Source: a virus (lineage: Duplodnaviria > Heunggongvirae > Uroviricota > Caudoviricetes). From it: a stretch of 37,677 bases of DNA. The position numbers and the translations under genes are program-made. The stretch's first letter is position 1. Each line of letters begins with the position of its first letter. The notes beneath the pieces are model-generated. The model ran no database searches, was not told the DNA's origin, and worked only from the letters and a program-made list of their open reading frames with translations. Positions 18,305-27,581 of this stretch are shown piece by piece. Location: IMG/VR virus record IMGVR_UViG_2579778866_000003; one strand, given 5' to 3'.

Positions 18305-18769
18305 ATGAAGTTTGTTGCGCCAGAACAGGCACCGGAACAGGCGGAAATCATCAGAAATACGCCGTTCTGGCCTGATGTGGACCTGTCGGAGTTTCGCAGC
18401 GTGATGCGCACTGACGGCACGGTGACGCAGCCGCGTTTAAAGCAGGTTGCGCTGTCGGCAATTTCGGAGGTCAACGCAGAGCTGTATGAGTTTCGCAGAC
18501 GCCAGCAGATGCTGGGATATGTCTCGCTGGCAGAGGTTCCTGCAGAACAGCTGGACGGGAAAAGTGAGCGCATTCAGCACTATTTCAACGCGGTTTACTG
18601 CTGGGCACGCGCCATGCTCAACGAACGTTACCAGGACTATGACGCCACGGCATCCGGTGTGAAGCGGGGCGAGGAACTGGCGGAAGCCAGCGGTGATTTA
18701 TGGCGTGACGCCCGCTGGGCCATCAGCCGGGTGCAGGACGCGCCGCACTGCACAGTGGAGCTTATCTGA
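18305..18769 (+). CDS. L: Head completion/stabilisation protein (P2 gpL-like)
   Basis: Strong AGGAGGAAG Shine-Dalgarno before ATG 18305; the track ORF extends upstream from a GTG at 18242. Confidence 0.75.
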   Translation: MKFVAPEQAPEQAEIIRNTPFWPDVDLSEFRSVMRTDGTVTQPRLKQVALSAISEVNAELYEFRRRQQMLGYVSLAEVPAEQLDGKSERIQHYFNAVYCWARAMLNERYQDYDATASGVKRGEELAEASGDLWRDARWAISRVQDAPHCTVELI

Positions 18770-18972
18770 TGAAAGTGCGTGCGCATCAGTATGACACGGT
18801 GGACGCGCTTTGCTGGCGTCATTACGGGCGCACGCAGGGTGTCACGGAGCAGGTACTGAAGGCAAATCCGGGGCTTGCCGAATACGGCCCCTTTTTACCT
18901 CACGGGCTGCAGGTGGAGCTGCCGGACATTCCGACCACCACCACCGTGCAGACCGTCCAGCTATGGGACTGA
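18769..18972 (+). CDS. X: Tail protein X
   Basis: 67 aa; ATG overlaps the L stop (ctgATGa). Confidence 0.7.
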   Translation: MKVRAHQYDTVDALCWRHYGRTQGVTEQVLKANPGLAEYGPFLPHGLQVELPDIPTTTTVQTVQLWD

Positions 18973-18975
18973 ATT

Positions 18976-19191
18976 ATGACGCTTGAGCGAATCAGCGCCT
19001 TTATCACGTATTGCATCGCCGTCGTGCTGGCCTGGCTGGGCGATTTGTCCATCAAGGATGCCTCAACGCTGGGCGGCCTGATGATCGGTGTGCTGATGCT
19101 GGCTATCAACTGGTACTACAAACACAAAGCCTACCAGCTTCTGCGCGACGGGCAGATCACGCGGGAGGACTATGAATCCATCAATCGTTAA
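18976..19191 (+). CDS. Holin (small, two hydrophobic helices; pinholin-like)
   Basis: 71 aa with hydrophobic segments ISAFITYCIAVVLAWLG and LGGLMIGVLMLAINWYY and a charged C-terminus. Confidence 0.6.
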   Translation: MTLERISAFITYCIAVVLAWLGDLSIKDASTLGGLMIGVLMLAINWYYKHKAYQLLRDGQITREDYESINR

Positions 19192-19684
19192 ACGCTGCCT
19201 TGTCGGGACCGTGCTGGCTATTGCTGCCACGCTGCCGGGTTTTCAGCAGCTTCACACCTCCGTGGAGGGGCTGAAACTGATTGCCGATTACGAAGGCTGT
19301 CGTCTGCAGCCGTATCAGTGCAGCGCGGGTGTCTGGACCGACGGCATTGGTAATACGTCGGGCGTCATTCCCGGCAAAACCATTACGGAGCGACAGGCAG
19401 CGGAAGGGCTGATCTCCAACGTGCTGCGTGTGGAGCGGGCGCTGGAAAGGTGTGTGAAGCAACAGCCGCCGCAGAAGGTGTATGACGCGGTGGTGTCGTT
19501 TGCCTTCAACGTGGGAACGGGCAATGCCTGCAGTTCCACGCTGGTGAAATTACTCAATCAGCGGCGCTGGGCGGATGCGTGCCGACAGTTGCCGCGCTGG
19601 GTTTATGTAAAAGGTGTGTTTAATCAGGGGCTGGATAACCGCCGTGCGCGGGAGATGGCCTGGTGTTTACAGGGAGCAAACTGA
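19172..19684 (+). CDS. K: Endolysin (T4-lysozyme-like, GH24), possibly signal-anchor-release type
   Basis: 170 aa; EGLKLIADYEGCRLQPYQCSAGVWTDGIGNT catalytic region; N-terminal weakly hydrophobic Gly/Ala-rich segment CLVGTVLAIAATLPG. Confidence 0.8.
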   Translation: MNPSIVKRCLVGTVLAIAATLPGFQQLHTSVEGLKLIADYEGCRLQPYQCSAGVWTDGIGNTSGVIPGKTITERQAAEGLISNVLRVERALERCVKQQPPQKVYDAVVSFAFNVGTGNACSSTLVKLLNQRRWADACRQLPRWVYVKGVFNQGLDNRRAREMAWCLQGAN

Positions 19685-19685
19685 A

Positions 19686-20063
19686 ATGAAAAAGAAATTA
19701 ATCAGCGGACTGTTTCTGATGTTATGGATGGCGCTGTTAATCGCAGCAATGGTGTATCCGCAGGGGATTTTTCCGGTACTGGCAGCATCTGGTGTCTGGG
19801 TAGCCTGTCTGCTGACATGGGTGGTAATTCCGGTAGCACTGGCTGCGTTAATTAAGAATGGCTCGCTCTGGCAGGAGTTGAGGGCATCTTTGCTGAAGAC
19901 AATTACCCGAAAAGAAAACGTATTTATCAGCTGGGTGATGCGATTGCTGATTGTCGTAAGTCTCGCCTGGACGGGGTGGGCTATTACCCTGGTCTTTTAT
20001 CTGCTGACCGTTATTGCCTTCTGGATCACCCGTAATCAGATGGCGCAACAGGTAGCAGCATGA
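19686..20063 (+). CDS. LysA-like membrane protein
   Basis: Start at MKKKLISG (ATG 19686); several predicted transmembrane helices; P2 lysA position. Confidence 0.5.
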   Translation: MKKKLISGLFLMLWMALLIAAMVYPQGIFPVLAASGVWVACLLTWVVIPVALAALIKNGSLWQELRASLLKTITRKENVFISWVMRLLIVVSLAWTGWAITLVFYLLTVIAFWITRNQMAQQVAA

Positions 20064-20488
20064 ACCGGTTGCTGCTGGTTGTGCTGGCGTTATTACTGGC
20101 GGCGCTGGGCTGGCAGACGTGGCGGCTGGCTGATGCCAGCCAGACCATCAGCACGCAGGCAGACGAGCTGCAGCGCCAAAGCCAGGCACTGGCAAAGAGC
20201 AACAGCCAGCTTATCAGCCTGTCCATTCTGACTGAAACCAATAACCGGGAGCAGGCGCGGCTCTATGCCGACGCAGAACAGACCAGCGCACTGCTGAGAC
20301 AACGACAACGCCGGATGGAGGAACTGAAACGTGAGAACGAGGATTTACGCCGCTGGGCTGATACTCCTTTGCCTGCTGACATTATCCGGCTGCGGGAACG
20401 TCCGGCACTCACCGGAGGTGCAGCTTACCGTCAGTGGTTGTCCGCGAGTGACGCCGTGTCGGCTGGATCAGGCAACGCCGCGCACTAA
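20060..20488 (+). CDS. LysB-like inner-membrane spanin (Rz-like)
   Basis: 142 aa; N-terminal TM (LLLVVLALLLAALGW) then coiled-coil. Confidence 0.6.
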   Translation: MNRLLLVVLALLLAALGWQTWRLADASQTISTQADELQRQSQALAKSNSQLISLSILTETNNREQARLYADAEQTSALLRQRQRRMEELKRENEDLRRWADTPLPADIIRLRERPALTGGAAYRQWLSASDAVSAGSGNAAH

Positions 20489-20621
20489 TGGTGATCTGAA
20501 CGCGTTGCTGGATGAAACGGAGGCCGCCTGGGCGGTCTGTGCAGACAAAGTGGACATGATTATTGCGTGTCAGGAGCGAAACAGTGAACAAACCACAATC
20601 CCTGCGCCACGCCCTCAATAA
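20331..20621 (+). CDS. LysC-like outer-membrane lipoprotein spanin (Rz1-like), overlapping lysB in another frame
   Basis: GTG start after GGAGGAA; lipobox LTLSGC; Pro-rich; begins inside lysB and runs into R. Confidence 0.5.
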   Translation: MRTRIYAAGLILLCLLTLSGCGNVRHSPEVQLTVSGCPRVTPCRLDQATPRTNGDLNALLDETEAAWAVCADKVDMIIACQERNSEQTTIPAPRPQ

Positions 20622-21015
20622 AGCGGTGCCTTATGTCCGCAATAACCCGGACAAACTGCATCTGTTTGTGGATAACGGTTCGCTGGTTGCCACGGGGGCC
20701 AGCTCTATGTCGTGGGAGTACCGTTACACCCTGAACGCGGTGATTGAGGATTTCAGCGGCGACCAGAATCTGCTGATGGCCCCGGTTTTGCTGTGGCTGA
20801 GGGATAACCAGCCCGATGCCATCAATAACCCGGCGTTACGGAAAAAACTATTCACCTTTGAGGTGGATATTCTGCGCAACGATGTCTGTGATATCAGCCT
20901 GAACCTGCAACTGACGGAGCGTGTGCTGGTCAGCACTGACGGTAGTGTGTCGAGCGTTGAAGCTATAGCGGAACCTGATGAACCTGAAGAAATGTGGACG
21001 GTGAAACGTGGCTGA
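20584..21015 (+). CDS. R: Tail completion protein (P2 gpR-like)
   Basis: GTG start after AGGAG (20572-20576); the track ORF starts earlier at a TTG. Confidence 0.7.
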   Translation: MNKPQSLRHALNKAVPYVRNNPDKLHLFVDNGSLVATGASSMSWEYRYTLNAVIEDFSGDQNLLMAPVLLWLRDNQPDAINNPALRKKLFTFEVDILRNDVCDISLNLQLTERVLVSTDGSVSSVEAIAEPDEPEEMWTVKRG

Positions 21016-21454
21016 ACTGCAGAAAGTGGACGACTGGCTGAGTGCCTTGCTGGCGAATCTGGAACCAGCCGCCAGAAGCCGCATGATGCGCCAGCTGGCG
21101 CAGGAACTGCGCCGGACACAGCAGCAGAACATCAGGATTCAACTCAATCCTGATGGCAGCAGCTATGAACCGAGGCGAGTAACAGCACGCAGTAAAAAAG
21201 GCCGTATCAAACGGCAGATGTTTACAAAACTTCGCACCACAAAATACCTGAAAACCGCCGCCAGCGAGGATTCTGCCAGCGTGCAGTTTGAAGGTAAGGT
21301 GCAGCGCATTGCCCGCGTTCACCATTATGGCCTGCGTGATCGCGTCAGCCGCAAAGGACCGGAGGTCCGTTACGCAGAGCGTCGCCTTCTGGGCGTAAAT
21401 GATGATGTTGAGGCAATGACCCGCGACATGATTCTGCAATGGTTGGCGGGGTGA
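21008..21454 (+). CDS. S: Tail completion protein (P2 gpS-like)
   Basis: 148 aa; GTG start overlapping the R stop. Confidence 0.7.
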   Translation: MAELQKVDDWLSALLANLEPAARSRMMRQLAQELRRTQQQNIRIQLNPDGSSYEPRRVTARSKKGRIKRQMFTKLRTTKYLKTAASEDSASVQFEGKVQRIARVHHYGLRDRVSRKGPEVRYAERRLLGVNDDVEAMTRDMILQWLAG

Positions 21455-21458
21455 TTTT

Positions 21459-21476
21459 TGTACCAGCACTGATACA
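21459..21476 (+). promoter_or_regulatory. Ogr-type late promoter element TGT-N12-ACA upstream of V
   Basis: TGTACCAGCACTGATACA in the S-V intergenic region. Confidence 0.4.
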
Positions 21477-21522
21477 AGTTGCAGCACTGCCGCCTTTCTT
21501 CCCCTGATGGCAACCTTTCCCT

Positions 21523-22101
21523 ATGAACGCACAATTAACCGAAATCATGCGCCTTATCACCAACCTGATCCGCACAGGTGTAGTCACCGAAGTGGACCGG
21601 GAAAACTGGCTTTGCCGGGTGAAAACAGGCGAGCTTGAAACCAACTGGATTAGCTGGCTGACGCTGCGTGCCGGGAATGCCCGGACATGGTGGCGACCAT
21701 CGGAAGGTGAGCAGGTGGTGCTGCTGAGTCTGGGCGGTAATCTGGAAACAGCTTTTGCGCTGCCCGCCATCTATTCGAATCAGTTCGCACCACCGTCGAC
21801 GTCGGCGGACGCCTGCGTGACAGAACATCCTGACGGTGGCTGGTTTGAATACGAACCCGCCACCGGGCGCTGGTATGTCAGGGGCATCAAATCCATGGTC
21901 ATTGAGGCTGTCGACAACATCACCATGAAAACCAGTGAGTTTGTACTGGAGGCTGACCGCACGCGCATTAACAGCGAAGTGGTGATCAATGGTGGCGTTA
22001 CCCAGGGCGGCGGAGCGATGAATTCTAACGGGATTGTGGTTGATGCGCATCAGCATACTGGCGTCCTGAAAGGCGGCGACACAACCGGAGGTCCGGTATG
22101 A
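21523..22101 (+). CDS. V: Baseplate spike/assembly protein (P2 gpV-like)
   Basis: 192 aa; position and size as P2 V. Confidence 0.8.
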   Translation: MNAQLTEIMRLITNLIRTGVVTEVDRENWLCRVKTGELETNWISWLTLRAGNARTWWRPSEGEQVVLLSLGGNLETAFALPAIYSNQFAPPSTSADACVTEHPDGGWFEYEPATGRWYVRGIKSMVIEAVDNITMKTSEFVLEADRTRINSEVVINGGVTQGGGAMNSNGIVVDAHQHTGVLKGGDTTGGPV

Positions 22102-22457
22102 CGCTTTATAGCGGGATGAACAATACCAGCGGCAAAGCCATTACTGATATTGACCATCTGCGCCAGTCGGTTCGGGACATTCTGCTGACACCGCAGGGTA
22201 GCCGTATTGCCCGTCGGGAATATGGTTCCCTGCTGTCGGCACTGATAGACCAGCCACAAAATCCGGCATTACGCCTGCAGGTCATGTCGGCAGTGTATGT
22301 GGCGCTGAGTCGCTGGGAGCCACGGCTGACGCTGGATTCCATCACCATTAACAGCAATTTTGACGGTTCAATGGTGGTGGAGCTGACCGGGCGGCGTAAT
22401 AACGGTGTGCCTGTTTCCCTTTCCGTATCAACAGGAGCAGAGAATGGCAGTGATTGA
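22098..22457 (+). CDS. W: Baseplate wedge protein (P2 gpW-like)
   Basis: 119 aa, overlapping start/stop with V and J. Confidence 0.8.
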   Translation: MTLYSGMNNTSGKAITDIDHLRQSVRDILLTPQGSRIARREYGSLLSALIDQPQNPALRLQVMSAVYVALSRWEPRLTLDSITINSNFDGSMVVELTGRRNNGVPVSLSVSTGAENGSD

Positions 22458-23352
22458 CCTTTCGCAGTTGCCTGCGCCGCAGATTGTGGATGTGCCGGAC
22501 TTTGAGACGCTGCTTGCCGAACGCAAGGCCGAATTTGTGGCGCTTCATCCGAAAGATGAGCAGGAAGCAGTGATCCGCACGCTGGAACTGGAATCTGAAC
22601 CCGTTACCAAATTGTTGCAGGAGAATGCTTACCGTGAGTTGCTTCTGCGCCAGCGCATTAACGAAGCCGCGCATGCTGTGATGGTGGCTTACGCGATGGG
22701 CGGCGATCTTGACCAGCTCGCTGCCAACTACAACGTGAAACGCCTGACGGTGACGCCTGCTGATAATGACGCTGTGCCACCCGTTGCGGCTGTGATGGAA
22801 AGCGATGAAGCGTTACGCCTGCGTGTGCCTGCGGCTTTTGAAGGGCTTTCGGTTGCGGGGCCAACCGCAGCTTATGAATTTCATGCCCGAAGCGCCGACG
22901 GTCGGGTGGCGGATGCCAGTGCAACCAGCCCGGCACCTGCAGAGGTGGTACTGACTGTCCTTAGCCGCGAAGGCGACGGAACAGCAGAAAAAGACCTGCT
23001 GGATGTGGTGGAGAACGCCCTGAACAGTGAGAACGTCCGCCCGGTGGCTGACCGTCTGACGGTTCGCAGCGCAGAAATCATACCGTACCGCGTGGAAGCC
23101 ACCATTTTTCTCTATCCGGGGCCGGAAGCAGAGCCGGTAATGGCAGCGGCAAAAGCCAGCCTGCAGAAGTACATCGCCAGTCAGACGCGGCTTGGTCGGG
23201 ATATTCGCCGTAGCGCCATCTTTGCCGCCCTGCATGTTGAGGGTGTGCAGCGTGTGGAGCTGGCTTCGCCGCTGGCGGATGTGGTTTTGGACAAAACGCA
23301 GGCGGCATCATGTACGGAGTGGAGCGTGACCAACGGGGGAACGGATGAATAG
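22444..23352 (+). CDS. J: Baseplate protein (P2 gpJ-like)
   Basis: Start at MAVIDLSQL (ATG 22444) after GGAG; 302 aa. Confidence 0.8.
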   Translation: MAVIDLSQLPAPQIVDVPDFETLLAERKAEFVALHPKDEQEAVIRTLELESEPVTKLLQENAYRELLLRQRINEAAHAVMVAYAMGGDLDQLAANYNVKRLTVTPADNDAVPPVAAVMESDEALRLRVPAAFEGLSVAGPTAAYEFHARSADGRVADASATSPAPAEVVLTVLSREGDGTAEKDLLDVVENALNSENVRPVADRLTVRSAEIIPYRVEATIFLYPGPEAEPVMAAAKASLQKYIASQTRLGRDIRRSAIFAALHVEGVQRVELASPLADVVLDKTQAASCTEWSVTNGGTDE

Positions 23353-23950
23353 TCTGCTGCCATCGGGGTCAACTTCACTGGAGCGCCGACTGGCGCAGAC
23401 CTGTAGCGGGATTTCTGATCTGCAGGTGCCGCTGCGTGACTTGTGGAATCCGGCTACCTGCCCGGTCAGCTTCCTGCCTTATCTCGCCTGGGCGTTCTCT
23501 GTGGATCGCTGGGACGAAGGCTGGACAGAAAGCGTCAAGCGCCAGGTGGTGAAGGATGCTTTTTATATTCATCAGCATAAAGGGACCACCAGTGCCGTGC
23601 GGCGGGTGGTGGAGCCGTTCGGCTTTCTAATCCGCATTATTGAGTGGTGGCAGACCGGAGAGGCACCGGGCACGTTTCGTCTGGATATCGGCGTGCAGGA
23701 CCAGGGCATCACTGAAGATACCTATCTGGAACTTGAGCGGCTGATAAGCGATGCCAAACCATGTAGCCGTCACATGATCGGCATGTCCATCAATCTGCAG
23801 ACCAGCGGTCCGCATTGGGTGGGGGCCGCCAGCTATCTTGGCGAAGAAATCACGATCTATCCGTATATCAACGAAACAATTATTTCTGGCGGCACCGCGC
23901 ATGAAGGCGGGGCGGTCCATGTTATTGACACAATGAGAGTGAATCCATGA
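23345..23950 (+). CDS. I: Baseplate protein (P2 gpI-like)
   Basis: 201 aa between J and the tail-fibre gene. Confidence 0.8.
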   Translation: MNSLLPSGSTSLERRLAQTCSGISDLQVPLRDLWNPATCPVSFLPYLAWAFSVDRWDEGWTESVKRQVVKDAFYIHQHKGTTSAVRRVVEPFGFLIRIIEWWQTGEAPGTFRLDIGVQDQGITEDTYLELERLISDAKPCSRHMIGMSINLQTSGPHWVGAASYLGEEITIYPYINETIISGGTAHEGGAVHVIDTMRVNP

Positions 23951-25368
23951 GCACAAAATTTTATACCCTGCTGACGGATATTGGCGCGGCGAAACTTGCC
24001 AGCGCCGCCGCGCTCGGTGTGCCGCTAAAAATTACCCATATGGCGGTCGGCGATGGCGGCGGAGTATTGCCAACGCCAGACTCAAAGCAGACTGCACTGG
24101 TAAATGAGAAACGCCGGGCTGCGCTGAATATGCTCTATATCGACCCGCAGAACAGCAGCCAGATTATTGCCGAACAGGTGATCCCTGAAAACGAGGGCGG
24201 TTGGTGGATACGTGAAGTGGGCTTGTTTGATGAGTCCGGGGCATTGATTGCCGTGGGCAACTGCCCGGAAAGCTATAAGCCGCAACTGGCTGAAGGTAGC
24301 GGGCGCACTCAGACCGTGCGCATGGTGCTGATTACCAGCAGCACGGACAATATCACCCTGAAAATCGACCCTGCCGTAGTGCTGGCAACCCGCAAGTATG
24401 TGGATGACAAGGCACTGGAGCTGAAGGTGTACGCGGATGATCAGATGGCAAAACATCTTGCCGCACCGGACCCGCATTCACAGTATGCACCCAAAGAAAG
24501 TCCGACGTTTACCGGGACACCCAAAGCGCCAACGCCAGCCGCAGGGAATAACACCACGCAGATTGCGACCACCGCGTTTGTTCAGGCGGCTCTGACGGCT
24601 CTTATTAATGGTGCGCCAGCCACGTTGGACACGCTGAAAGAAATAGCCGCAGCCATTAACAATGATCCGAAATTCAGTACCACCATTAACAATGCGCTGG
24701 CACTGAAAGCGCCGCTGTCGAGTCCGGCACTCACCGGAACGCCAACCGTACCTACTGCGGCACAGTCGGTCAACAATACACAGATTGCCACCACGGCATT
24801 TGTGAAATCGGCGATTGCGGCAATGGTGGGTTCTGCACCTGCGGCACTGGATACACTGAACGAACTGGCGGCAGCGCTGGGGAATGACCCGAACTTTGCC
24901 ACGACAATGCTTAATGCGCTGGCAGGTAAACAACCGCTGGACAATACGCTGACTAATTTGAGTGGAAAGGATGTAGCTGGTCTTCTCACATACCTTGGTT
25001 TGGGAGAAGCGGCAAAACGGGATGTGGGAACAGGGGAAAATCAGATACCGGATATGGCTTCTTTTGCCAGTGGTGATGGATGGATGAAATTACCCAACGG
25101 TAAAATCCTGCAATATGGTCGAGGTGCGGTTACGCCGACATTATCGACGCAAACAATGAGAATTACATTCAGCATCCCTTTTCCTAAAAAAGTGGACTGC
25201 GCCATGCTTACTCATTCTGGTGATGGTGGTGCACCTTTAGGTGCTGGACGGGGATTCGTGATGACCGCAGAAGGTCCAACATTAACCGGTTTTAATTCCG
25301 CTTACAGAACTGCATCAACCAGTTCCACAGTATCGATGAATTACAGTTGGTGGGCTGTTGGTGAGTAA
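23947..25368 (+). CDS. H: Tail fibre protein (P2 gpH-like); C-terminal part lies inside the invertible segment
   Basis: 473 aa; N-terminus MSTKFYTLLTDIGAAKLA ... MAVGDGGG typical of P2-type fibres; hix-like site inside the coding region at 24983-25008. Confidence 0.85.
   Translation: MSTKFYTLLTDIGAAKLASAAALGVPLKITHMAVGDGGGVLPTPDSKQTALVNEKRRAALNMLYIDPQNSSQIIAEQVIPENEGGWWIREVGLFDESGALIAVGNCPESYKPQLAEGSGRTQTVRMVLITSSTDNITLKIDPAVVLATRKYVDDKALELKVYADDQMAKHLAAPDPHSQYAPKESPTFTGTPKAPTPAAGNNTTQIATTAFVQAALTALINGAPATLDTLKEIAAAINNDPKFSTTINNALALKAPLSSPALTGTPTVPTAAQSVNNTQIATTAFVKSAIAAMVGSAPAALDTLNELAAALGNDPNFATTMLNALAGKQPLDNTLTNLSGKDVAGLLTYLGLGEAAKRDVGTGENQIPDMASFASGDGWMKLPNGKILQYGRGAVTPTLSTQTMRITFSIPFPKKVDCAMLTHSGDGGAPLGAGRGFVMTAEGPTLTGFNSAYRTASTSSTVSMNYSWWAVGE
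24983..25008. other. hix/gix-like recombination site (left) for the Hin/Gin-family invertase
   Basis: Reverse complement TTCTCCCAAACCAAGGTATGTGAGAA resembles hixL (as recalled) TTCTTGAAAACCAAGGTTTTTGATAA; inner half is identical to the right site. Confidence 0.5.
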
Positions 25369-25388
25369 TTTTATTAAGGGTGATTTAT

Positions 25389-25832
25389 ATGAACGAATAT
25401 GTTTATAGCGCAAGGCATAATGCTTTTTTCCCTGTGGATATGATTGATAAATATAAATCAGAGGGATGGGATTTATCAGATGCTAAAGAGGTGAATCAAA
25501 ATATTATCAGTGAATTTATGGCTGAACCGCCACAAGGAAAAATCCGTATTGCCGGAGGTGATGGGCAGCCCGCGTGGGCAGATATTCCTCCACCCACGCA
25601 TGAAGAACTTATTGAAATTACTGAATCAGAAAGACAGCTACTAATTAACCAGGCCAACGAATACATGAACAGTAAGCAATGGCCCGGCAAAGCCGCTATT
25701 GGTCGTCTGAAAGGTGATGAACTGGCGCAATATAATTTGTGGCTGGATTATCTGGACGCACTGGAGCTGATCGATACTTCCGGTGCGCCAGATATTGAAT
25801 GGCCTACGCCTCCGGCAGTTCAGGCCAGATGA
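25389..25832 (+). CDS. G: Tail fibre assembly protein (P2 gpG-like)
   Basis: ATG at 25389 after AAGGG; C-terminus overlaps the convergent tfa' gene. Confidence 0.75.
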   Translation: MNEYVYSARHNAFFPVDMIDKYKSEGWDLSDAKEVNQNIISEFMAEPPQGKIRIAGGDGQPAWADIPPPTHEELIEITESERQLLINQANEYMNSKQWPGKAAIGRLKGDELAQYNLWLDYLDALELIDTSGAPDIEWPTPPAVQAR

Positions 25833-26406
25833 CATCCGGCGCGGTGCTGGTATCTGTTGCCGTCACCGCGTCAATGTAATCCAGCACAGCGTTAAGTCTG
25901 GTTGTTTCTGCCTGCGTCAGTTTATGTCCGGCCTGCAATTTCAGTTGAATCAGACTGATGGAAGCCATTGCTGCATCAATCAGTGACTGGCGCTGTGCTT
26001 CTGCCGCGTCTACTGCGGCACCGTGTTGTGCCTCAGTATCTGTCACCCATTTTTCACCATCCCATTTATCGTATGGCGTTAACGGGGCGATAGTGGTTGT
26101 TTCTTCGGGGTAATCACCCGGAGTTGTGATTTCTTTTGCGTCTCCCGTTTCGGTGTTATAGACGATTTCACCGCGATGGTCTGGCACATATTCCCATGAG
26201 TTTAAATCCATCGAACGGCAGATAGCATAACCCGCCTTATGTGTGCCAGGGGCATCTAAACAGGAATATGCAGGGATACCGACGCCAACAGCAAGATATT
26301 CATTTGAAGTGGAAATATATTCTCGAGTTTCACCATCATAGTTATAGACGGTAATATTCCCTGCTTTGGTGGCGATAATCTCGCTATTTAATATGGCGTT
26401 ATCCAT
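25804..26406 (-). CDS. Alternative tail fibre assembly protein (tfa')
   Basis: 200 aa on the minus strand inside the invertible segment; ATG overlaps the stop of the alternative fibre segment. Confidence 0.7.
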   Translation of the reverse strand: MDNAILNSEIIATKAGNITVYNYDGETREYISTSNEYLAVGVGIPAYSCLDAPGTHKAGYAICRSMDLNSWEYVPDHRGEIVYNTETGDAKEITTPGDYPEETTTIAPLTPYDKWDGEKWVTDTEAQHGAAVDAAEAQRQSLIDAAMASISLIQLKLQAGHKLTQAETTRLNAVLDYIDAVTATDTSTAPDVIWPELPEA

Positions 26407-26939
26407 TATGCAGCCCTCACAATATAGTTAAATGCAATATTCCTTGGTCGAACCCTAAAACCAGCCCCTGCGCCTGCTCCAGTTGGTGGCAATTCGATAG
26501 AGGGGTATGCTGTTGCAGAGGAATATAAACCTTCACGGGAATCATAATCAGTCGTCATATAGTTAGACGTATTATCAGAAACAGTTTCTGTCGGTCTGGT
26601 AACCAGACGATAAGAGCCAGTGGTTGGTGACCTGACCAGACCAAAACTTTCAACCAGAGTGGCTTTTTGAAAGCTTAATAATCCCCGACCACTGTCAGCT
26701 CCACGCCCGTCATCCCAGCCACGAATAAACTCACCACGTAAATCAGGCAATTTATTTGTCGGATAAGCCTTTGCCAGTTCCGGGTATTCTTCAGCAGAAA
26801 AAGCTGCACCGTTGCATTTCAGCCAGCCTGTCGGCGGAATGGCTGAAGGCCATGGAACAGGTACACCAACAGGTAATGCCGAACCTTCTCCCAAACCAAC
26901 GTTTAAGAAAATGCAGCGATTACGGCTAACTGGCATCAT
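26406..26939 (-). CDS. Alternative tail-fibre C-terminal variable segment (Sv'-like), promoterless in this orientation
   Basis: Contains DLRGEFIRGWDDGRG-type fibre-tip motif; its 5' end reads through the right hix-like site with the same GLGE junction residues as H. Confidence 0.6.
   Translation of the reverse strand: MMPVSRNRCIFLNVGLGEGSALPVGVPVPWPSAIPPTGWLKCNGAAFSAEEYPELAKAYPTNKLPDLRGEFIRGWDDGRGADSGRGLLSFQKATLVESFGLVRSPTTGSYRLVTRPTETVSDNTSNYMTTDYDSREGLYSSATAYPSIELPPTGAGAGAGFRVRPRNIAFNYIVRAA
26886..26911. other. hix/gix-like recombination site (right)
   Basis: TTCTCCCAAACCAACGTTTAAGAAAA; first 13 nt identical to the reverse complement of the left site. Confidence 0.5.
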
Positions 26940-26960
26940 CCCCTATTTTTATTCAGGGAG

Positions 26961-27533
26961 ATGATCATGCTTATTGGCTATGTACGCGTGTCAACAAATG
27001 ACCAGAACACCGATTTGCAACGTAATGCGCTGAACTGCGCGGGATGTGAGCGGATTTTTGAGGACAAAATCAGTGGCACTAAGTCCGACAGACCGGGGCT
27101 TAAAAAACTGCTCAGGACACTATTGGCAGGAGACACGCTGGTTGTCTGGAAGCTGGACAGGTTGGGGCGCAGTATGCGGCATCTTGTTACGCTGATAGAA
27201 GAGTTGCGCCAGCGTGGTGTGAATTTCCGAAGCCTGACTGACAGTATTGATACCAGTACCCCAATGGGCCGTTTCTTTTTTCATGTCATGGGTGCCCTGG
27301 CTGAAATGGAACGCGAACTGATAGTTGAACGTACCCGGGCAGGGCTGGCTGCAGCTCGTGCTAAAGGCAGAGTAGGTGGACGCCGTCCTAAGTTGACCAC
27401 TGAACAGTGGGCACAGATTGGACGTTTACTCGAGGCCGGAGAATCAAGACAGCGTATTGCACTGATTTTTGATGTAGGCGTTTCTACCATTTATCGAAAA
27501 TTTCCGGCAAATAAGAGCAATAAATCTCCCTGA
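26961..27533 (+). CDS. Serine DNA invertase (Hin/Gin/Cin/Pin family)
   Basis: 190 aa; MLIGYVRVSTNDQNTDLQRNAL ... VVWKLDRLGRS ... GRFFFHVMGALAEMERELIVERT closely matches Hin/Gin; C-terminal HTH. Confidence 0.9.
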   Translation: MIMLIGYVRVSTNDQNTDLQRNALNCAGCERIFEDKISGTKSDRPGLKKLLRTLLAGDTLVVWKLDRLGRSMRHLVTLIEELRQRGVNFRSLTDSIDTSTPMGRFFFHVMGALAEMERELIVERTRAGLAAARAKGRVGGRRPKLTTEQWAQIGRLLEAGESRQRIALIFDVGVSTIYRKFPANKSNKSP

Positions 27534-27581
27534 ATCAGCTTTATTTTGATTATCCCTGAAAGCAGACAAATACCGTCATTT

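Larger units (their letters stand above)
24996..26898. other. Invertible tail-fibre host-range segment (Mu G / P1 C type)
   Basis: Bounded by inverted hix-like sites; contains the H variable C-terminus and tfa in one orientation and a promoterless alternative fibre C-terminus plus tfa' in the other; invertase gene adjacent. Confidence 0.6.
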
